A DNA stretch of 63,818 nucleotides, filler included, from Saprolegnia diclina VS20 (lineage: Eukaryota): assembly GCF_000281045.1 (NCBI RefSeq). It is 4 parts of 2 records of this genome, joined end to end, with 100 filler letters (N's around TTAATTAATTAA, not from the genome) between each part and the next. Parts side by side here need not be neighbours in the genome. Positions count along the whole stretch, not along the records: positions 1 to 14,122 come from NW_008246094.1; 3 more parts are not named here. One strand, written 5' to 3'. Position 1 is the stretch's first letter. The number at the start of each line of letters is the position of its first letter. The notes beneath the pieces are model-generated. The model worked only from the letters and a program-made list of their open reading frames with translations. It was not told the origin of the DNA and ran no database searches. Positions 1 through 11,215 of this stretch are shown here, in pieces. The position numbers and the translations under genes are program-made.

Positions 1-307
1 GCCATTGTCGTTCACGACGCCATGTTTGTCACACATCTTATGCATCTATTGGCTACCTAGCGTCCTATAAATCCTGTCGTACCTCGTAGAGGCCCACTTG
101 AACCAAGCATTTACTGTTGGTAGCTCGCATGCATACTGTAGTAGATCTAAATGCGCAAGGATGGTGATCGAGTGCGATGAGAAACCATCACCAAGGGTAT
201 ATAATTTATATACCCTTGCCATCGCTGACGCAGGGTCTAAACCACTCCCAACGTGAGAAACAAATCAACAATTGCGTCTGGCGTGCCGTTCGCTGAGTTG
301 TACCTTG

Positions 308-352
308 TGATTGGCTAAAAATATATACAGCACCGCGAGTTTCGGCCAATCA
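308..352. promoter_or_regulatory. Paired CCAAT-box motifs upstream of ATX1
   Basis: TGATTGGCT at 308-316 and GGCCAATCA at 344-352, 75-120 nt before the ATG at 427. Similar GATTGG motifs precede other genes here, e.g. TGATTGGCTGAA at 46561. Confidence 0.5.
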
Positions 353-426
353 CGTCGTGACGCTAGAAAGGTGACGTGTCGGTATTTTTGAAATCGGCCA
401 GCGCCGCACAAGACAGACAACAAACG

Positions 427-697
427 ATGTCAGACGTGGTCACGGAGTTCAAGGTCGGCATGACCTGCGGCGGCTGCTCGTCGGCCTGCGAACGCATCCT
501 CGTGAAGATCCCCGGTGCGTCGATTCGCTCGATGTAGGATTGCGCATTCATGGCCCGTGCTAGGCGTCAAGTCGGTGGCGTGCGACATCGAGGCCCAGCA
601 AGTGCTTGTGACGGGCTCGGCGGACGCGCAGACGATGCTCGCCGCACTCCTCAAGTGGTCCGCGGCCAGCGGCAAGAGTGTCGAGCTTGTCCAATAA
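427..697 (+). CDS. ATX1: Copper chaperone, HMA domain (2 exons: 427-514, 564-697)
   Basis: MSDVVTEFKVGMTCGGCSSACERILVKIPG carries the MxCxxC motif. A GT..AG intron (515-563) joins it to GVKSVACDIEAQQVLVTG...LKW...GKSVELVQ*. Confidence 0.92.
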
Positions 698-743
698 TAG
701 AGCGAGTGCCTTTGAATCACGAATTCTTCTCATATTACGGACT

Positions 744-3700
744 TTACATGTCGGGCGGGATCGTCCATTGCGAGACGCCCGTCTCCTTGTTGTAGTAAAA
801 GGGCTTGTTTTGCGCGTCGTCCCACTGTTCGACCCATGGGTTCTTCTTGGTGGCCTTCTCCTCGGCGACTTTGGCCTCCTCGAGCTCGTGTAAGTCGTCC
901 TCGTCGTCCTCGAGCACGTCGTTGACGCCCGCGACGATCTTGTTTTTGTACTTTGTCGTAGTTTCGGCGAGCTTGGCCACCGCACTCGAGTCGACGACAG
1001 CGTCCTTGACCCGAAGCGCCATCTTCTCGACCGCGTTCAGATTCTTGGGCTCACGCCACACGGCGGGCCAGATCTGGTCGACACCGACCGCATAATTGGT
1101 TTGAAGCGACATTTGGAACGGGCCCTCCATTCCCGCCTTGTAGGCGGCCACGAGCACAGTGTACGTACGTGCCGCTAGGTTGCAACGCAAAACGAGTTGG
1201 CGCTCACGGACGGGCTGGCCGCTGTGCTCGATGACAACGTCGCGCGTCAGTTCTTTGACACGGCTGGCGCGGTCGCCCATTGCGCCGGCCACGATATAGA
1301 CTGCGATAGGGAGCACAGTCACTGGCGCGAGTCCTTTCTCGTCGATTTGCGTGATCGTTAGGATCACCTCTGTTGGGCGCGAGACCGACAACGCAAAATG
1401 CGGGTTGGCTGCAACAGCGCCGTCGGGGTTGTGGCGCGTCGGGAGGCCGCCGGCCGTGTCTGCCTTGACCGACCAGTTGCCATGAAACGTTTGCGTGAGC
1501 CATTTCGCGGGGTCGTAGTACTTGCAGATGTAGAGGCACCGGAACGCGTTGCAAAAGTCGTCAAAGCTCATCCAAAACGTATTGTCGTTGGCGTCCGGTC
1601 GGATGCCGAGATGCTTTTTGAGGCGGCGCGTCCAAAGCGGCGAATCGTCGCCCCAGTCCCCGCGCCACTCGGGATGGTCGCCGGGTGGATTCCGAAGCTT
1701 GACGAGCTCGTGGCCGTCAATCTCACGCACGTCGTATATGACGTAGCACGCACCAAAGACGAGGCCCGTGTCGAGGATCTCGTGGTCGGCGTTATCGCTC
1801 GAGATGGTACCAGCGCCCAGCAGAAATCGATTGCGCTTGTGCGAGAGAAGCTGCTTCCAGAGCGTCTTTTTTCGCGCGCCGCGGGACGCTTGGGCCAAAA
1901 ACACCTCGTCGGACGCAAATCCCGTGAGGTCCCGTAGCGCGTGATGCACAAAGCCGGTCTCGAGCGCTGCGTACCCACCGTGGTATTTCGCGTATGCCTT
2001 CTCAAGAAGAGGCACCCAGAGCTCTTCAAAGTGCGCACTGTGGGCAAAGGCCGCGCCGCCACTGATGTCCATTTTGTGCGTGTCGTCGAGGACTGGAAAG
2101 TAGTCGTCGACAATGACGGTTTCCCACTGCGAGTTTTTGAAAAACCGGATCGCGTACGCGCCCGTGAGCGACGTTTGCTTTGTAATGAACAAGTTGTCGA
2201 TGAGTGCGTCCACCTTGCCGTCGTCGACACCGTCGGACGCGGCAATGATGCTCACAGCGCTGAGGAACCACCCGTCGTGGAGTCGCCCAAACCGCACGTC
2301 GTCCGGGTCCGTCCCGCCGTCAAAGAGACCGGCAGTGATGTTGATACCCGTCGAGACGCGCCAGTCGACGATCTCAGCTTCATTGATGCACCCGGCCAGC
2401 GACGCGTATGCCGGCGGAAATTCCGGATCCACAAACTGCAGAGACCGGCCAAACTGCCCGACAATGCACGCGTAGCCCGACTCGATCTCTGCGAGGGCCT
2501 CGCGCGCGTTGATGATGGCCTCGGGCACACCGGTCTCGACGGCAATGCCTTCGTTCTCGCGCCGAGTGCGCCGTGCGACGCTCTCCTCGTACATCTTGCG
2601 GCACATGTTGGCTTCGTGGGGCGACCAGTAGCTGCGTACGTCGGCTTCGCGGGCCCGCGCCGCAGCGTCTTCGGCGTCAATCACGGCGTCCTTGCGGTCC
2701 ATCTCCTGCGAAAAGGCGGCTTTTAGCGCGTGGAAGCGCGCGCGCTCTTCGGGCGTCAACGACATGAGCCACGTGGCCACGAGCGGAATGTCGATCGACG
2801 CGTGCGACGACGTCTTGAAAATATCGGCCGGCGGGTTGATTCCGTTGGACATGAGTTTGAACCGGTTCTCGCGTAAAAACTTCTGAAACAAGACACGTTC
2901 GCGGCTCAAGCGCGCATCGGCAGCGTTAAGAAGGAGAAGCTGAAAGTGAATGATACAGCGCGTCTCTTCGAAAAACTCGGCATCGAGCGCCACGTCCCGA
3001 CCCGGCAGTGACCGCAATAGCGACAACGTGTCTTCTGTCCCAGGTGCCTCCACGTCGTCGTCGTCATCGCCCGCTAAGGGCGGCAAGACAATCTCGTGCT
3101 CCTCGGACGCCGTGGCCGCGAATGGCATTGGGATCGGTCGGCGCAGATTGAGACGTTTGCGGTCGGGCAGGAGGCGCAACACCCGCTGCGTATATCGGTG
3201 GGCTTTGGTATGTACATACGCCTTGTACGCGTACCCAAACAGGCCAATGTAGCCGAATGGCCCTTTGCCATCACGAAGCACATCGACGAGGATCTCACGC
3301 AGCGTAAAGAGCGCGTCTCGGCGGCGTATGGTGCGGCCCTTGGTCGTAACACGGTGACTGCACTGCCACAGCGTCTCGTGGATCGTGAGGGCATTGTCGG
3401 CAGCTGAGAGCCGAGTGGGTGGCGCCGCATTGGCTTCGGCGGCCATTGCGGCAGCAAGCTGCGCCGATTTTTGCTTGCCGTACGATAGTCGCTGGTACTC
3501 GAGCTCGGCTTCCTTTTCTTTTTTCTCGCGCTCGAGGAACTCGTCCGACTCGAGCACGAGGGGTCGTCGGCGGTCGGCAAATACCTCTTTGGCGACGGTC
3601 GCTGCTTCGTGCAGAATCGCTTCGTGGACGTACTTGGTCGCAAGGCCCATGCGTACGGGCGTGATCGAGCACAGGTGTGCGGTGAACCCGACGAACGCGA

Positions 3701-6700
3701 GAAGCGCGAGCGAGCAAAGGCCAATACCAAAGCCGAGTGGGTCCGTAAACATAACACCGACGCAGCCCCACGCAAAGACGACGCCGAGCGCCTTGTAGAC
3801 GTTGGCGGCCTCCTGGTTTTCGTTGTTGACGTTGTTGGTCGTCGCATTGTACGAAAATATCGGAAACACATAGGGCGAGTAGAAGATTTGGAGGTCGGGC
3901 TCACGGCAGAGCTTGATCGCGACGCCGTTGACGCCAAGTTTGAGCAAAATGACAATGATGCTAATCGAGAAGCAGTAAAACAAGTTGACGCCAAAGAAGA
4001 GTGCGAGCGCGATAAAGAACACGGCCGTGCCCACGACAAGCTGATTGGCGCGGCGCTGCGCGAGGGGGGCGAGGTAGTAGTCGTTCCGGACCCACTGCAG
4101 TAGAAAATAGACGACAACGCTGAACGTTGTCATGAGGAATGCAAAGGCGCCGCCGATCGGGATCGATGCCCAGATGAACATGATAAAAAGGAAGAGGACG
4201 GACCAACCCGCGCACGTGATGAGAGCTGATCGCACAAACGGCGAGAGCACCCAATTATCATCGTGCCACTTGAAGACAGCGACGATGAAGAGCAGTGTGA
4301 GCGGGTAGAAAATAAGGACCACGAGGATCCAGAGCGACTGCACGTCGTTGACGTCGAGCTCGAGCACATCCACAAAGAGCGCGATACCCAAGACCCACGC
4401 GAGTCCGTACGAGAAACGGGCACTAGCGCGAATGTCCGACGTGATCTCAACAACATGGTACCACTTGAAGACGGGCGATACGGAGAAGATGACAATATAC
4501 GACCCGACCCAGATGGCCTCGCCAATCCACGGCGGTGCTTCCGTGAACGTGGCGCAGAATCCGTAGAGGAAGATACCGCCGAGTAGGCCAGCAAAGCAGT
4601 GCAGCGTCTGGTACTCGTCTTCCAACAAGTAGCCGCCCCGGTAGGCGTCGATGACGCTCATTTTTTCAAAGTCGACCTCGGCCGTGGGCACAACCGAGTA
4701 CTTTTTCCATGGGTGAGCCAAAAAGCTGCGGGCGTTGGCTATGGAGGTCCGAAGCCGCGCACAGCACGACTGGCGCGGCGGCGCCACGACCGTAGTCGTG
4801 CTCGGCGCTGGCGGCGCGTCGAGGATCTCGATATCACGCATCGTTGGGTTTCCATCTTCATCGACAGCAGCAGGGACTGGCGGGGTATCAGCGATATCGG
4901 CTTCCTTGGCCGCAGCCTCCAGCTCGTCATCATCGTCGACGCCAGATGTCTTTTGGTTGTTCTTGTCATCGTCATCTGGTTTGCTGCTCTCAGCGGTCTG
5001 GCCCGCGAGTTGCAAGACTGACGAAGCGGCACCGCCGAGTCCCAGAAGCGCACTGCCTTTGAGTACGGGCAATGGTGGCATTTTGAACTCGGTGCCGGGC
5101 GCCGACGCTTGGAGCGACGGCAGCACAAACGCCGACCGGAGTGCGTCCGCCTCCTTTGCAAACTCGGCTTCCTCATCGAACGCATCGTCGTCCATGTCGT
5201 CGTCGTCGCCGTCTTCGGGTGGCCACACGACGAGTCGGTGGTCGTTTCGGCGCCACTGCGCCCACACCACCGTGCCAAGCATGAGAAGAACGGGTAAAAA
5301 CACCGATGTCAAAAGGACAAACGTCGATTGCGTCGCTGCAAAGAGGAAAAGCCCCGAGCACACGACCAGCAGCTCCGAGCCCGCTGCGAGAACGAACGGC
5401 AGCTTGAAGCCTGGGACACCCAAGTACACGTTGGCGCCGTGCTCCGAGAGGAGGTGCTGCTTCATCAAGTAGAACGCGCGCGACGACGCGAGTACGAGGC
5501 CTGAGAAGAGCACGAGCACGAACGCAAGGACACCAAAGACGTAGAGCGGCCAGCGCTGCCCGATTATCGGCAGCGTCACCGTCGTCGTTGCCGTGAACGC
5601 AACGCCGACGAGCAAGAACAAGAAGAAGAACGATAGAAACCCAAGACCAAACTCGGGTGTCGCACTCAAATCCAGCAGCGGCGGCTTAGAGCCGTCGTGG
5701 CCAAAGAACGTGATCCCGCCGGCTTCGCGCGCGCCCATGCGAGGAAGGTTGCGGCCAATGATCTCCCGACAGAGCGCCGATCCGATGATCGAAAATGCCA
5801 TGGTTTGTCCGAGGAGCCAGTACGTGCCGCACGAGACGACGAGAGCGACACGACAGAGCCCAAGCAGCAGCGAAATGTACCCTGCGGACCACGAGAGCTG
5901 GCCCCGCCACACAAGAAGGAACGTGGCGTCAAGGATGAAGATCGTAAAAAAGATTCCGATGCCTTGGGTCGGGTAGGCGCTCCGGAAGACGGCCACGATG
6001 GTGTAAATGAGAAGAATGCCGAGGGCGAGGGCATAGCAGCGACGATTAGTGCGCTTTTGGTGCTCGGGCGGCGTCACAAAGGCGTTTTGGAGGATATCCG
6101 CGAGCTCAAACCCGGGGATGGTGCGGGCGACCGAATAATGGGCACCGAGAAGCGCGTCAAAGGCCGAGAGTGGCTTGACGCCGCGGTCGTGCTTGAGTGC
6201 GTCCGAGGCAGCGGCGAGCTTGACGGACGCGTCCCCGAGGTGCTTGGCGGTGGCTTTTTTCAGCGCGCTCGTGTGCTTTTTTGAAATCGTGACGACCGCG
6301 AGGACTTGCGCGAGGGATTTGCTCAACTGGTCGTCGTTCGTAAACACGAGCCATATCATTGGCATCATATTGAGCGAGAGAAAGAACGCTGTGAGCGAGA
6401 AAAAGTCGACGTTGGCGCCGCCGAGAAACACTTTGGGGTCGGCAAAGATGGACGAAAAAAGGAAGAGGAAACCACAAATGCACGCGAGGCCTAAGGTCAC
6501 GCGCACCTCCTTGGTCATGCGCCAGCCCATTTGCGTCCACTTGCGCAAGCCGTAGTAGCCGACAAGGACGCCAGAGCCAATAAAAATGAGGAAAAAGCCC
6601 ACGGCCGGTGGCTGCACGGTCGAAATGGCCGTGAAGCCCCACGTCCAGAGAACAAAGAACGGCGACGCAACGCACACGTTGACGGCGATCTGTGCATAGT

Positions 6701-8297
6701 AGAGGTGGCGTCGAAAGGTGGCGTTGGCCTCGTCGTCTGTGGCAATGCCGTCGTTGTAGCAGAGGAAGAGAAGAGAGACGACGGACGGTGGGGGCTTCTT
6801 GATTTTCTTGGTAGGCTTTGTAGCGTCGCCACTTGTATCGTCGTCCTCGCGCTCGATGACTTCGCTTGCGATCTCGGCCAAGTACGCCTGGACGCGGTCG
6901 AGGCGGAAATGCATCTTCTTGCAGTAGCGCACGGACATGAAGAGGAGGACCGCAAACGCAATGCCAAACTGCAGCGCCGAGAGGAAGAACGCGGTTTGGC
7001 TAAACTCTTTCGAGTAGATCGGCTCGAGGTCAAAGAAGCCTTCGTTCGGTACGAGCACGATAAAGTACATGGAGAGCGTAATGTCACGGTTGGACGCCTG
7101 GATGTTGGGTCCGACGACGATACCGCCGCCCAGCGCGTCGCCGTACATGTTTACGGGCGTCGCCGACACGTTGCGCGTCATAGCGACAAAGTCGTCGGCG
7201 ATGTTGACAATCTGCGCCGACTCTTCTGCGTCCACGTAACCAAACTCGGACGTGAGCCACGAGAGCGTCCCGTACTTTTTGTCGGCGTCGACGTCGGTTT
7301 GCCGTCGAAACACGTACATGGCCGACGGAAAGTTGATGCTGAAGCGTCCGAGGGGCGGGAACCCATACTGTCCTGCTAGCGACGCGTTGCCGTAGTCGTT
7401 GTTCATGCCCGGGTTGTTGTCCATGCGGACGAGGACACCACCTTGGGATTTGGCCATTTTGTAGTACGGCTGAAGTCGCTGGTTCCCCGGTGTCCAGACA
7501 CGGCCATAGATCGTCGACGTGGCGTCGCCATAGTAGCCGCCCAGACCCATGGCCATCGTGGCGACACGCGTCGTTGCATATGTCTCTTCGATTTGCACTT
7601 GGAAGGGCACGACGGTTTGGCGCAGGCGAAGGCACGGGAGCGTTGTACTCAAGGTGCCGTTGACAATGCACTCCCCAGGCGCGAGTGGCAGCCAAACCTC
7701 TTCGACACAAACTGGCTGCAGTGGCATCGCAAACGACGAGTCCATGCCAGCGTTCGGTGTCTTTTGCTTGTATGCCGTCAGTGCTGTACAATAAATGACG
7801 TTGAGGTTGAGGCCACCAATAAAGTCGTCGGCAAACTCGAGGCCGTCGTCCTTGTCCCAAGCTTGAAGCGTGAACCCTTCGCCCGCGTACCGGTACCCAA
7901 ACGAGAGGTCGCGGATGGTGTCTTTGTACCCGAGGCACCCCAATGTCCGACACGGCGCCCAGCTCGGGTTGAGGTTGTTGCGGACGAACGACGAGTCGCG
8001 CGAATTTGAGCCAAATGCGACTCGGATAAAGGCGTCTGTGAGTCCGCCCGCGGCGCCAAAGCCGTCGAGGTTGGGCAAATTGCGCATCTCGATGACTGTG
8101 ACGGTGAGGTTGCCGCCCGCCGACTTGAACGTACCTGTGTCTGGACAGAGGGTCGGGCCGCCGGCGCACGAAAACGCATTCGAGAGGTTGAGTGCCTCGA
8201 CACGTTTGTCGGGCTTGCCCGTGGCCCGGCCAGTTTGGCCGAGCACGACGACGCTGAGCGTCGCCGCAACGACGGCGGCGACCACAGGCGCGCCCAT
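744..8297 (-). CDS. 2517-aa DEK1-like membrane calpain: signal peptide, C2 domain, >20 TM helices, CysPc, domain III, WW; catalytic residues substituted
   Basis: Uninterrupted ORF. C2 (LTVTVIEMRNLPNLD..TDAF..NNLNPSW..WDKDDGLEFADDFIG). Many hydrophobic segments. Calpain motifs FVDPEFPP, WETVIVDDYFP, ELWVPLLEKAYAKYHGGY, KLRNP, FWMSFDDF. Domain III (GNW...TAGG, NPHFAL). WW domain (PWVEQWDD...FYYNKETGVSQWTIP). Confidence 0.9.
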   Translation of the reverse strand: MGAPVVAAVVAATLSVVVLGQTGRATGKPDKRVEALNLSNAFSCAGGPTLCPDTGTFKSAGGNLTVTVIEMRNLPNLDGFGAAGGLTDAFIRVAFGSNSRDSSFVRNNLNPSWAPCRTLGCLGYKDTIRDLSFGYRYAGEGFTLQAWDKDDGLEFADDFIGGLNLNVIYCTALTAYKQKTPNAGMDSSFAMPLQPVCVEEVWLPLAPGECIVNGTLSTTLPCLRLRQTVVPFQVQIEETYATTRVATMAMGLGGYYGDATSTIYGRVWTPGNQRLQPYYKMAKSQGGVLVRMDNNPGMNNDYGNASLAGQYGFPPLGRFSINFPSAMYVFRRQTDVDADKKYGTLSWLTSEFGYVDAEESAQIVNIADDFVAMTRNVSATPVNMYGDALGGGIVVGPNIQASNRDITLSMYFIVLVPNEGFFDLEPIYSKEFSQTAFFLSALQFGIAFAVLLFMSVRYCKKMHFRLDRVQAYLAEIASEVIEREDDDTSGDATKPTKKIKKPPPSVVSLLFLCYNDGIATDDEANATFRRHLYYAQIAVNVCVASPFFVLWTWGFTAISTVQPPAVGFFLIFIGSGVLVGYYGLRKWTQMGWRMTKEVRVTLGLACICGFLFLFSSIFADPKVFLGGANVDFFSLTAFFLSLNMMPMIWLVFTNDDQLSKSLAQVLAVVTISKKHTSALKKATAKHLGDASVKLAAASDALKHDRGVKPLSAFDALLGAHYSVARTIPGFELADILQNAFVTPPEHQKRTNRRCYALALGILLIYTIVAVFRSAYPTQGIGIFFTIFILDATFLLVWRGQLSWSAGYISLLLGLCRVALVVSCGTYWLLGQTMAFSIIGSALCREIIGRNLPRMGAREAGGITFFGHDGSKPPLLDLSATPEFGLGFLSFFFLFLLVGVAFTATTTVTLPIIGQRWPLYVFGVLAFVLVLFSGLVLASSRAFYLMKQHLLSEHGANVYLGVPGFKLPFVLAAGSELLVVCSGLFLFAATQSTFVLLTSVFLPVLLMLGTVVWAQWRRNDHRLVVWPPEDGDDDDMDDDAFDEEAEFAKEADALRSAFVLPSLQASAPGTEFKMPPLPVLKGSALLGLGGAASSVLQLAGQTAESSKPDDDDKNNQKTSGVDDDDELEAAAKEADIADTPPVPAAVDEDGNPTMRDIEILDAPPAPSTTTVVAPPRQSCCARLRTSIANARSFLAHPWKKYSVVPTAEVDFEKMSVIDAYRGGYLLEDEYQTLHCFAGLLGGIFLYGFCATFTEAPPWIGEAIWVGSYIVIFSVSPVFKWYHVVEITSDIRASARFSYGLAWVLGIALFVDVLELDVNDVQSLWILVVLIFYPLTLLFIVAVFKWHDDNWVLSPFVRSALITCAGWSVLFLFIMFIWASIPIGGAFAFLMTTFSVVVYFLLQWVRNDYYLAPLAQRRANQLVVGTAVFFIALALFFGVNLFYCFSISIIVILLKLGVNGVAIKLCREPDLQIFYSPYVFPIFSYNATTNNVNNENQEAANVYKALGVVFAWGCVGVMFTDPLGFGIGLCSLALLAFVGFTAHLCSITPVRMGLATKYVHEAILHEAATVAKEVFADRRRPLVLESDEFLEREKKEKEAELEYQRLSYGKQKSAQLAAAMAAEANAAPPTRLSAADNALTIHETLWQCSHRVTTKGRTIRRRDALFTLREILVDVLRDGKGPFGYIGLFGYAYKAYVHTKAHRYTQRVLRLLPDRKRLNLRRPIPMPFAATASEEHEIVLPPLAGDDDDDVEAPGTEDTLSLLRSLPGRDVALDAEFFEETRCIIHFQLLLLNAADARLSRERVLFQKFLRENRFKLMSNGINPPADIFKTSSHASIDIPLVATWLMSLTPEERARFHALKAAFSQEMDRKDAVIDAEDAAARAREADVRSYWSPHEANMCRKMYEESVARRTRRENEGIAVETGVPEAIINAREALAEIESGYACIVGQFGRSLQFVDPEFPPAYASLAGCINEAEIVDWRVSTGINITAGLFDGGTDPDDVRFGRLHDGWFLSAVSIIAASDGVDDGKVDALIDNLFITKQTSLTGAYAIRFFKNSQWETVIVDDYFPVLDDTHKMDISGGAAFAHSAHFEELWVPLLEKAYAKYHGGYAALETGFVHHALRDLTGFASDEVFLAQASRGARKKTLWKQLLSHKRNRFLLGAGTISSDNADHEILDTGLVFGACYVIYDVREIDGHELVKLRNPPGDHPEWRGDWGDDSPLWTRRLKKHLGIRPDANDNTFWMSFDDFCNAFRCLYICKYYDPAKWLTQTFHGNWSVKADTAGGLPTRHNPDGAVAANPHFALSVSRPTEVILTITQIDEKGLAPVTVLPIAVYIVAGAMGDRASRVKELTRDVVIEHSGQPVRERQLVLRCNLAARTYTVLVAAYKAGMEGPFQMSLQTNYAVGVDQIWPAVWREPKNLNAVEKMALRVKDAVVDSSAVAKLAETTTKYKNKIVAGVNDVLEDDEDDLHELEEAKVAEEKATKKNPWVEQWDDAQNKPFYYNKETGVSQWTIPPDM

Positions 8298-8424
8298 TGA
8301 TGCCGACGTTTAAATGTGTAACGACCCGACGCAATGCAACCGCCAGTGCCAAACGGTTCAACCACCAGCCACGACTACAAATGTAGAGGCAGCTCCGGAA
8401 TACGAGTGCATTAGATGAGACGAA

Positions 8425-9590
8425 TTATATAGGCTCTGGCGCTCGTCTTTGGCTTGCGGCGCGTTCGAGAATGCTGGCTTCGAGACGGCGAAAGAGCGTC
8501 GTAAACGTACTTTGTATGAGCGCATCCAAGCTTGCATGGGCGTCACTTTTGTCGACGTCGAGTTGCCGCAAGAGCGTTTCAATGCCCGCGAGACCATCGG
8601 GTGCTGGCCGGGGGCTCGCTGCTTTCAAATACGCTCGGTACACAACGTCGGACCCGTTGGCCTCGATGCAGATCCTAATACACGCTGTATGTACTACAAA
8701 CTAGAATCAAATGTACCAGCCGTGCTCGTCGTTGACGTAGCCGTCGACCGGATGGGCCTCGTCGTCTAGGACACTGCGCCACACATAGGTAATGCGACCG
8801 TCGAAGCAGTAGCGCTTGACAAGCATGCGCGTCGTGACGTGGACTGAAGCGTTGGAAACGACCTCGAGCGTATACAGCGTCGTGGCGTCAATGACACTCG
8901 CTCGTGCGTCCGTGACGGACCCGCCCTCGACGAGTGTGCTGCGGTGCCGTAGCACCTCCAGGATCGCTACGTCGACGGCCGCGAGGCTCATGTCTGGAAA
9001 CGTTGTGTAGCGCGCGCCTTGTGAGCTCAGTTGGTGGGCATCCGAGAGGAGCTCAATGCGAAAGACGTCCGTGTCGGGCTCGAGCAGCCCTGTCGCAATC
9101 ATCTCGGATTCGACGACGTCAAACTGGCGATCGGCGATGGCGTGCATCGCGCGTACCCGCGGCGCAGCGTCCGCACACAAGGCCAAGAATGGACGTTGCG
9201 CATCGAGCATCTATAGGCGATTGGGAATGTCAGGCAAATTAAATGTCGAAAGGGTACTGTTGGCCACGTCCGTAGCGCGTTCTCGAGATGGGCGCGGGCG
9301 ACGCGCTGCTCTGTCAGAAGCTCGCGCAGCACTGCGTTGGTATGTCGAGCTCGCAACAGCTGTGCGTGCTGGCCCATTGCATGGCGGCCCCAGAACGACA
9401 ATGCCTTGGCACTGTGGCGGCTTTGCAGGCGACAGAGCAGGACCTGCAGAGACGCCTCCTCGTCCTGCAGAGCTGCCACGTCACGCGCCAATGTCTTCTT
9501 GCGCACGCGTTTTGGTGCCTTTGGAGGTGGCACGTCGTCGAGGAAGGCCAGCGCGCTGTCGTCGACCGGCAGCATGTCCAGGAGCTCCAT
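8425..9590 (-). CDS. Coiled-coil + START-like protein, M96 mating-specific-like family, copy A (exons 9590-9258, 9210-8717, 8674-8425)
   Basis: MELLDMLP..LAFLDD, basic KRVRKK, heptad coil, AIADRQF, VWRSVLDDE..NDEHGW. Canonical introns at the same sites as the paralogs. Confidence 0.8.
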
Positions 9591-9798
9591 CTCGCCGGTA
9601 TTCCAACGTGTCATGCCCAAAATGAAGCGCCTATCCGGATATTCTCTGTCGTATCCGGTAAGGCAGGTGTACTGGACCTGGCGTACATGTACCCTTCGCA
9701 GGGACAGCTCACACTGACTGCAAGACCGAGATTCGGCCGAGTGCACTTTCTATCGCGAGGAGATACGAGGACATTGCATGTTGAGGCGAGAAGGAGCG

Positions 9799-11056
9799 TC
9801 AGCTACTTAAGTTAAGCTCCTGGACTGCGCACTTGGCGTGCACCTCTTGCTCAAATTGAGTAAAGAGGCTCGCAAATGTCTTGGAAATGGTATCTGTGAT
9901 GCCGTCAATCGTCGCATCCGTCGACCGATGGGCGGCGTCAATGCGCAGCATGTCGACGAGGCTGCTCAGCGTGTCGAGTTCGTCCACGGGCGTTGGACTC
10001 GCCGCGCGCAAGTACGCTTTGTACCGTGTCATACCGTCGCTGCACGGTGAGTACTCGACCCTATTCATAGCGGATGAGACCATTGGGACAGGATGTCAAT
10101 GGGTTTTAACCAGCCGTGTTCGTTGTTTGTAAAGACGTCCGACTCGATCGGTCCTGCTTCGTCATGGAGGACACTGCGCCAGACGATGGCAATGGCGCCC
10201 GACGTTGGGTTGACGTAGCGCTTGGTGATCATGCCCGAGACGACCTTGATGACGCCATTAGGATGCACAAGCTCGTCTCGCATGTACGTCGTGTCGTCGT
10301 CGACGTGGAAGGTGGTATGGTCGCCGTGGAAGGCGGTGAGGCGTCGCCGGTCGAGAATCGTCTGATGCGCGGCGGCCGCAATCGTCGCCACGTCAGCCTG
10401 GAACGTGCACGAGCGACTTCCTTCGGAGACAACGCGGCCTTGCATCAAAGTGGTGCGAAAGTCCAAAATGTCGTCGCCGTCCGACTCGAGAAGGCCAGCG
10501 GCGATCATCTCCGACTCGAGAAGCGCGTACTGGCGGTCGGCAATGGCGTGGATGGCTGCGATGCGCTCGCCGGCATTGGCGTCCAGCGTCAGGTCGCGCC
10601 ACTTGGTGTCTTGCAATTGCTTCTACGCGCGCAATTACACTATCGTCATGCGAGACTACACAAACGTACGTGCAGTGACCACGGCAGCCTCCGAAATGCG
10701 CGCTCGAGGTACTCGCGGAAGGCCGTCTGCTCTGTCAGCGCAGCGCGCAGCTCGTCGTTCTCGCGCAGCGCCTTTAGCTTCAGCGCGTTCTGTGCAATTG
10801 CCAGGTTTTGCCACTTGGACGAAGCCTTGCAGCTGCGGCGGGCGCGCAACTGCGCTACCTCGTCCTCAAGATGGCTTTGGGCCCCGCGGAGCTCGAGCAG
10901 CTCGGCCGCCATTCGGTTGATACGCACGCGCTTGGGCTTTGTCTTGGGCTTGGCCAGCGGCAGCACGTCGTCAAGAAAGGCCAACGACTCTTCGTCGGCG
11001 GGCGGCAGCCAGTCGAGGACCTCGTCGACGCTGAGCTCCATCGTCGGCGCTTCCAT
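9799..11056 (-). CDS. Same family, copy B (exons 11056-10670, 10622-10111, 10060-9799)
   Basis: LDWLPP..LAFLDD, KRVR, QNALKLKALRENDELR, AIHAIADRQY, VWRSVLHDE..NNEHGW, TRYKAYLR. Confidence 0.82.
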
Positions 11057-11215
11057 GCATGCGCCTGGCTGCGACAACAATCGTTTGCGTTCTATAGGAA
11101 TGTACGTCAATAGGCAGAGCGATGATCTTTTCGTCGAGTTTTGCACAGGCCGTTTCGGGTGAGAAATGTGTTTTGTGCGTGGGAAATAAAATCCAAGCCA
11201 AGCGACGTCGCGCCC

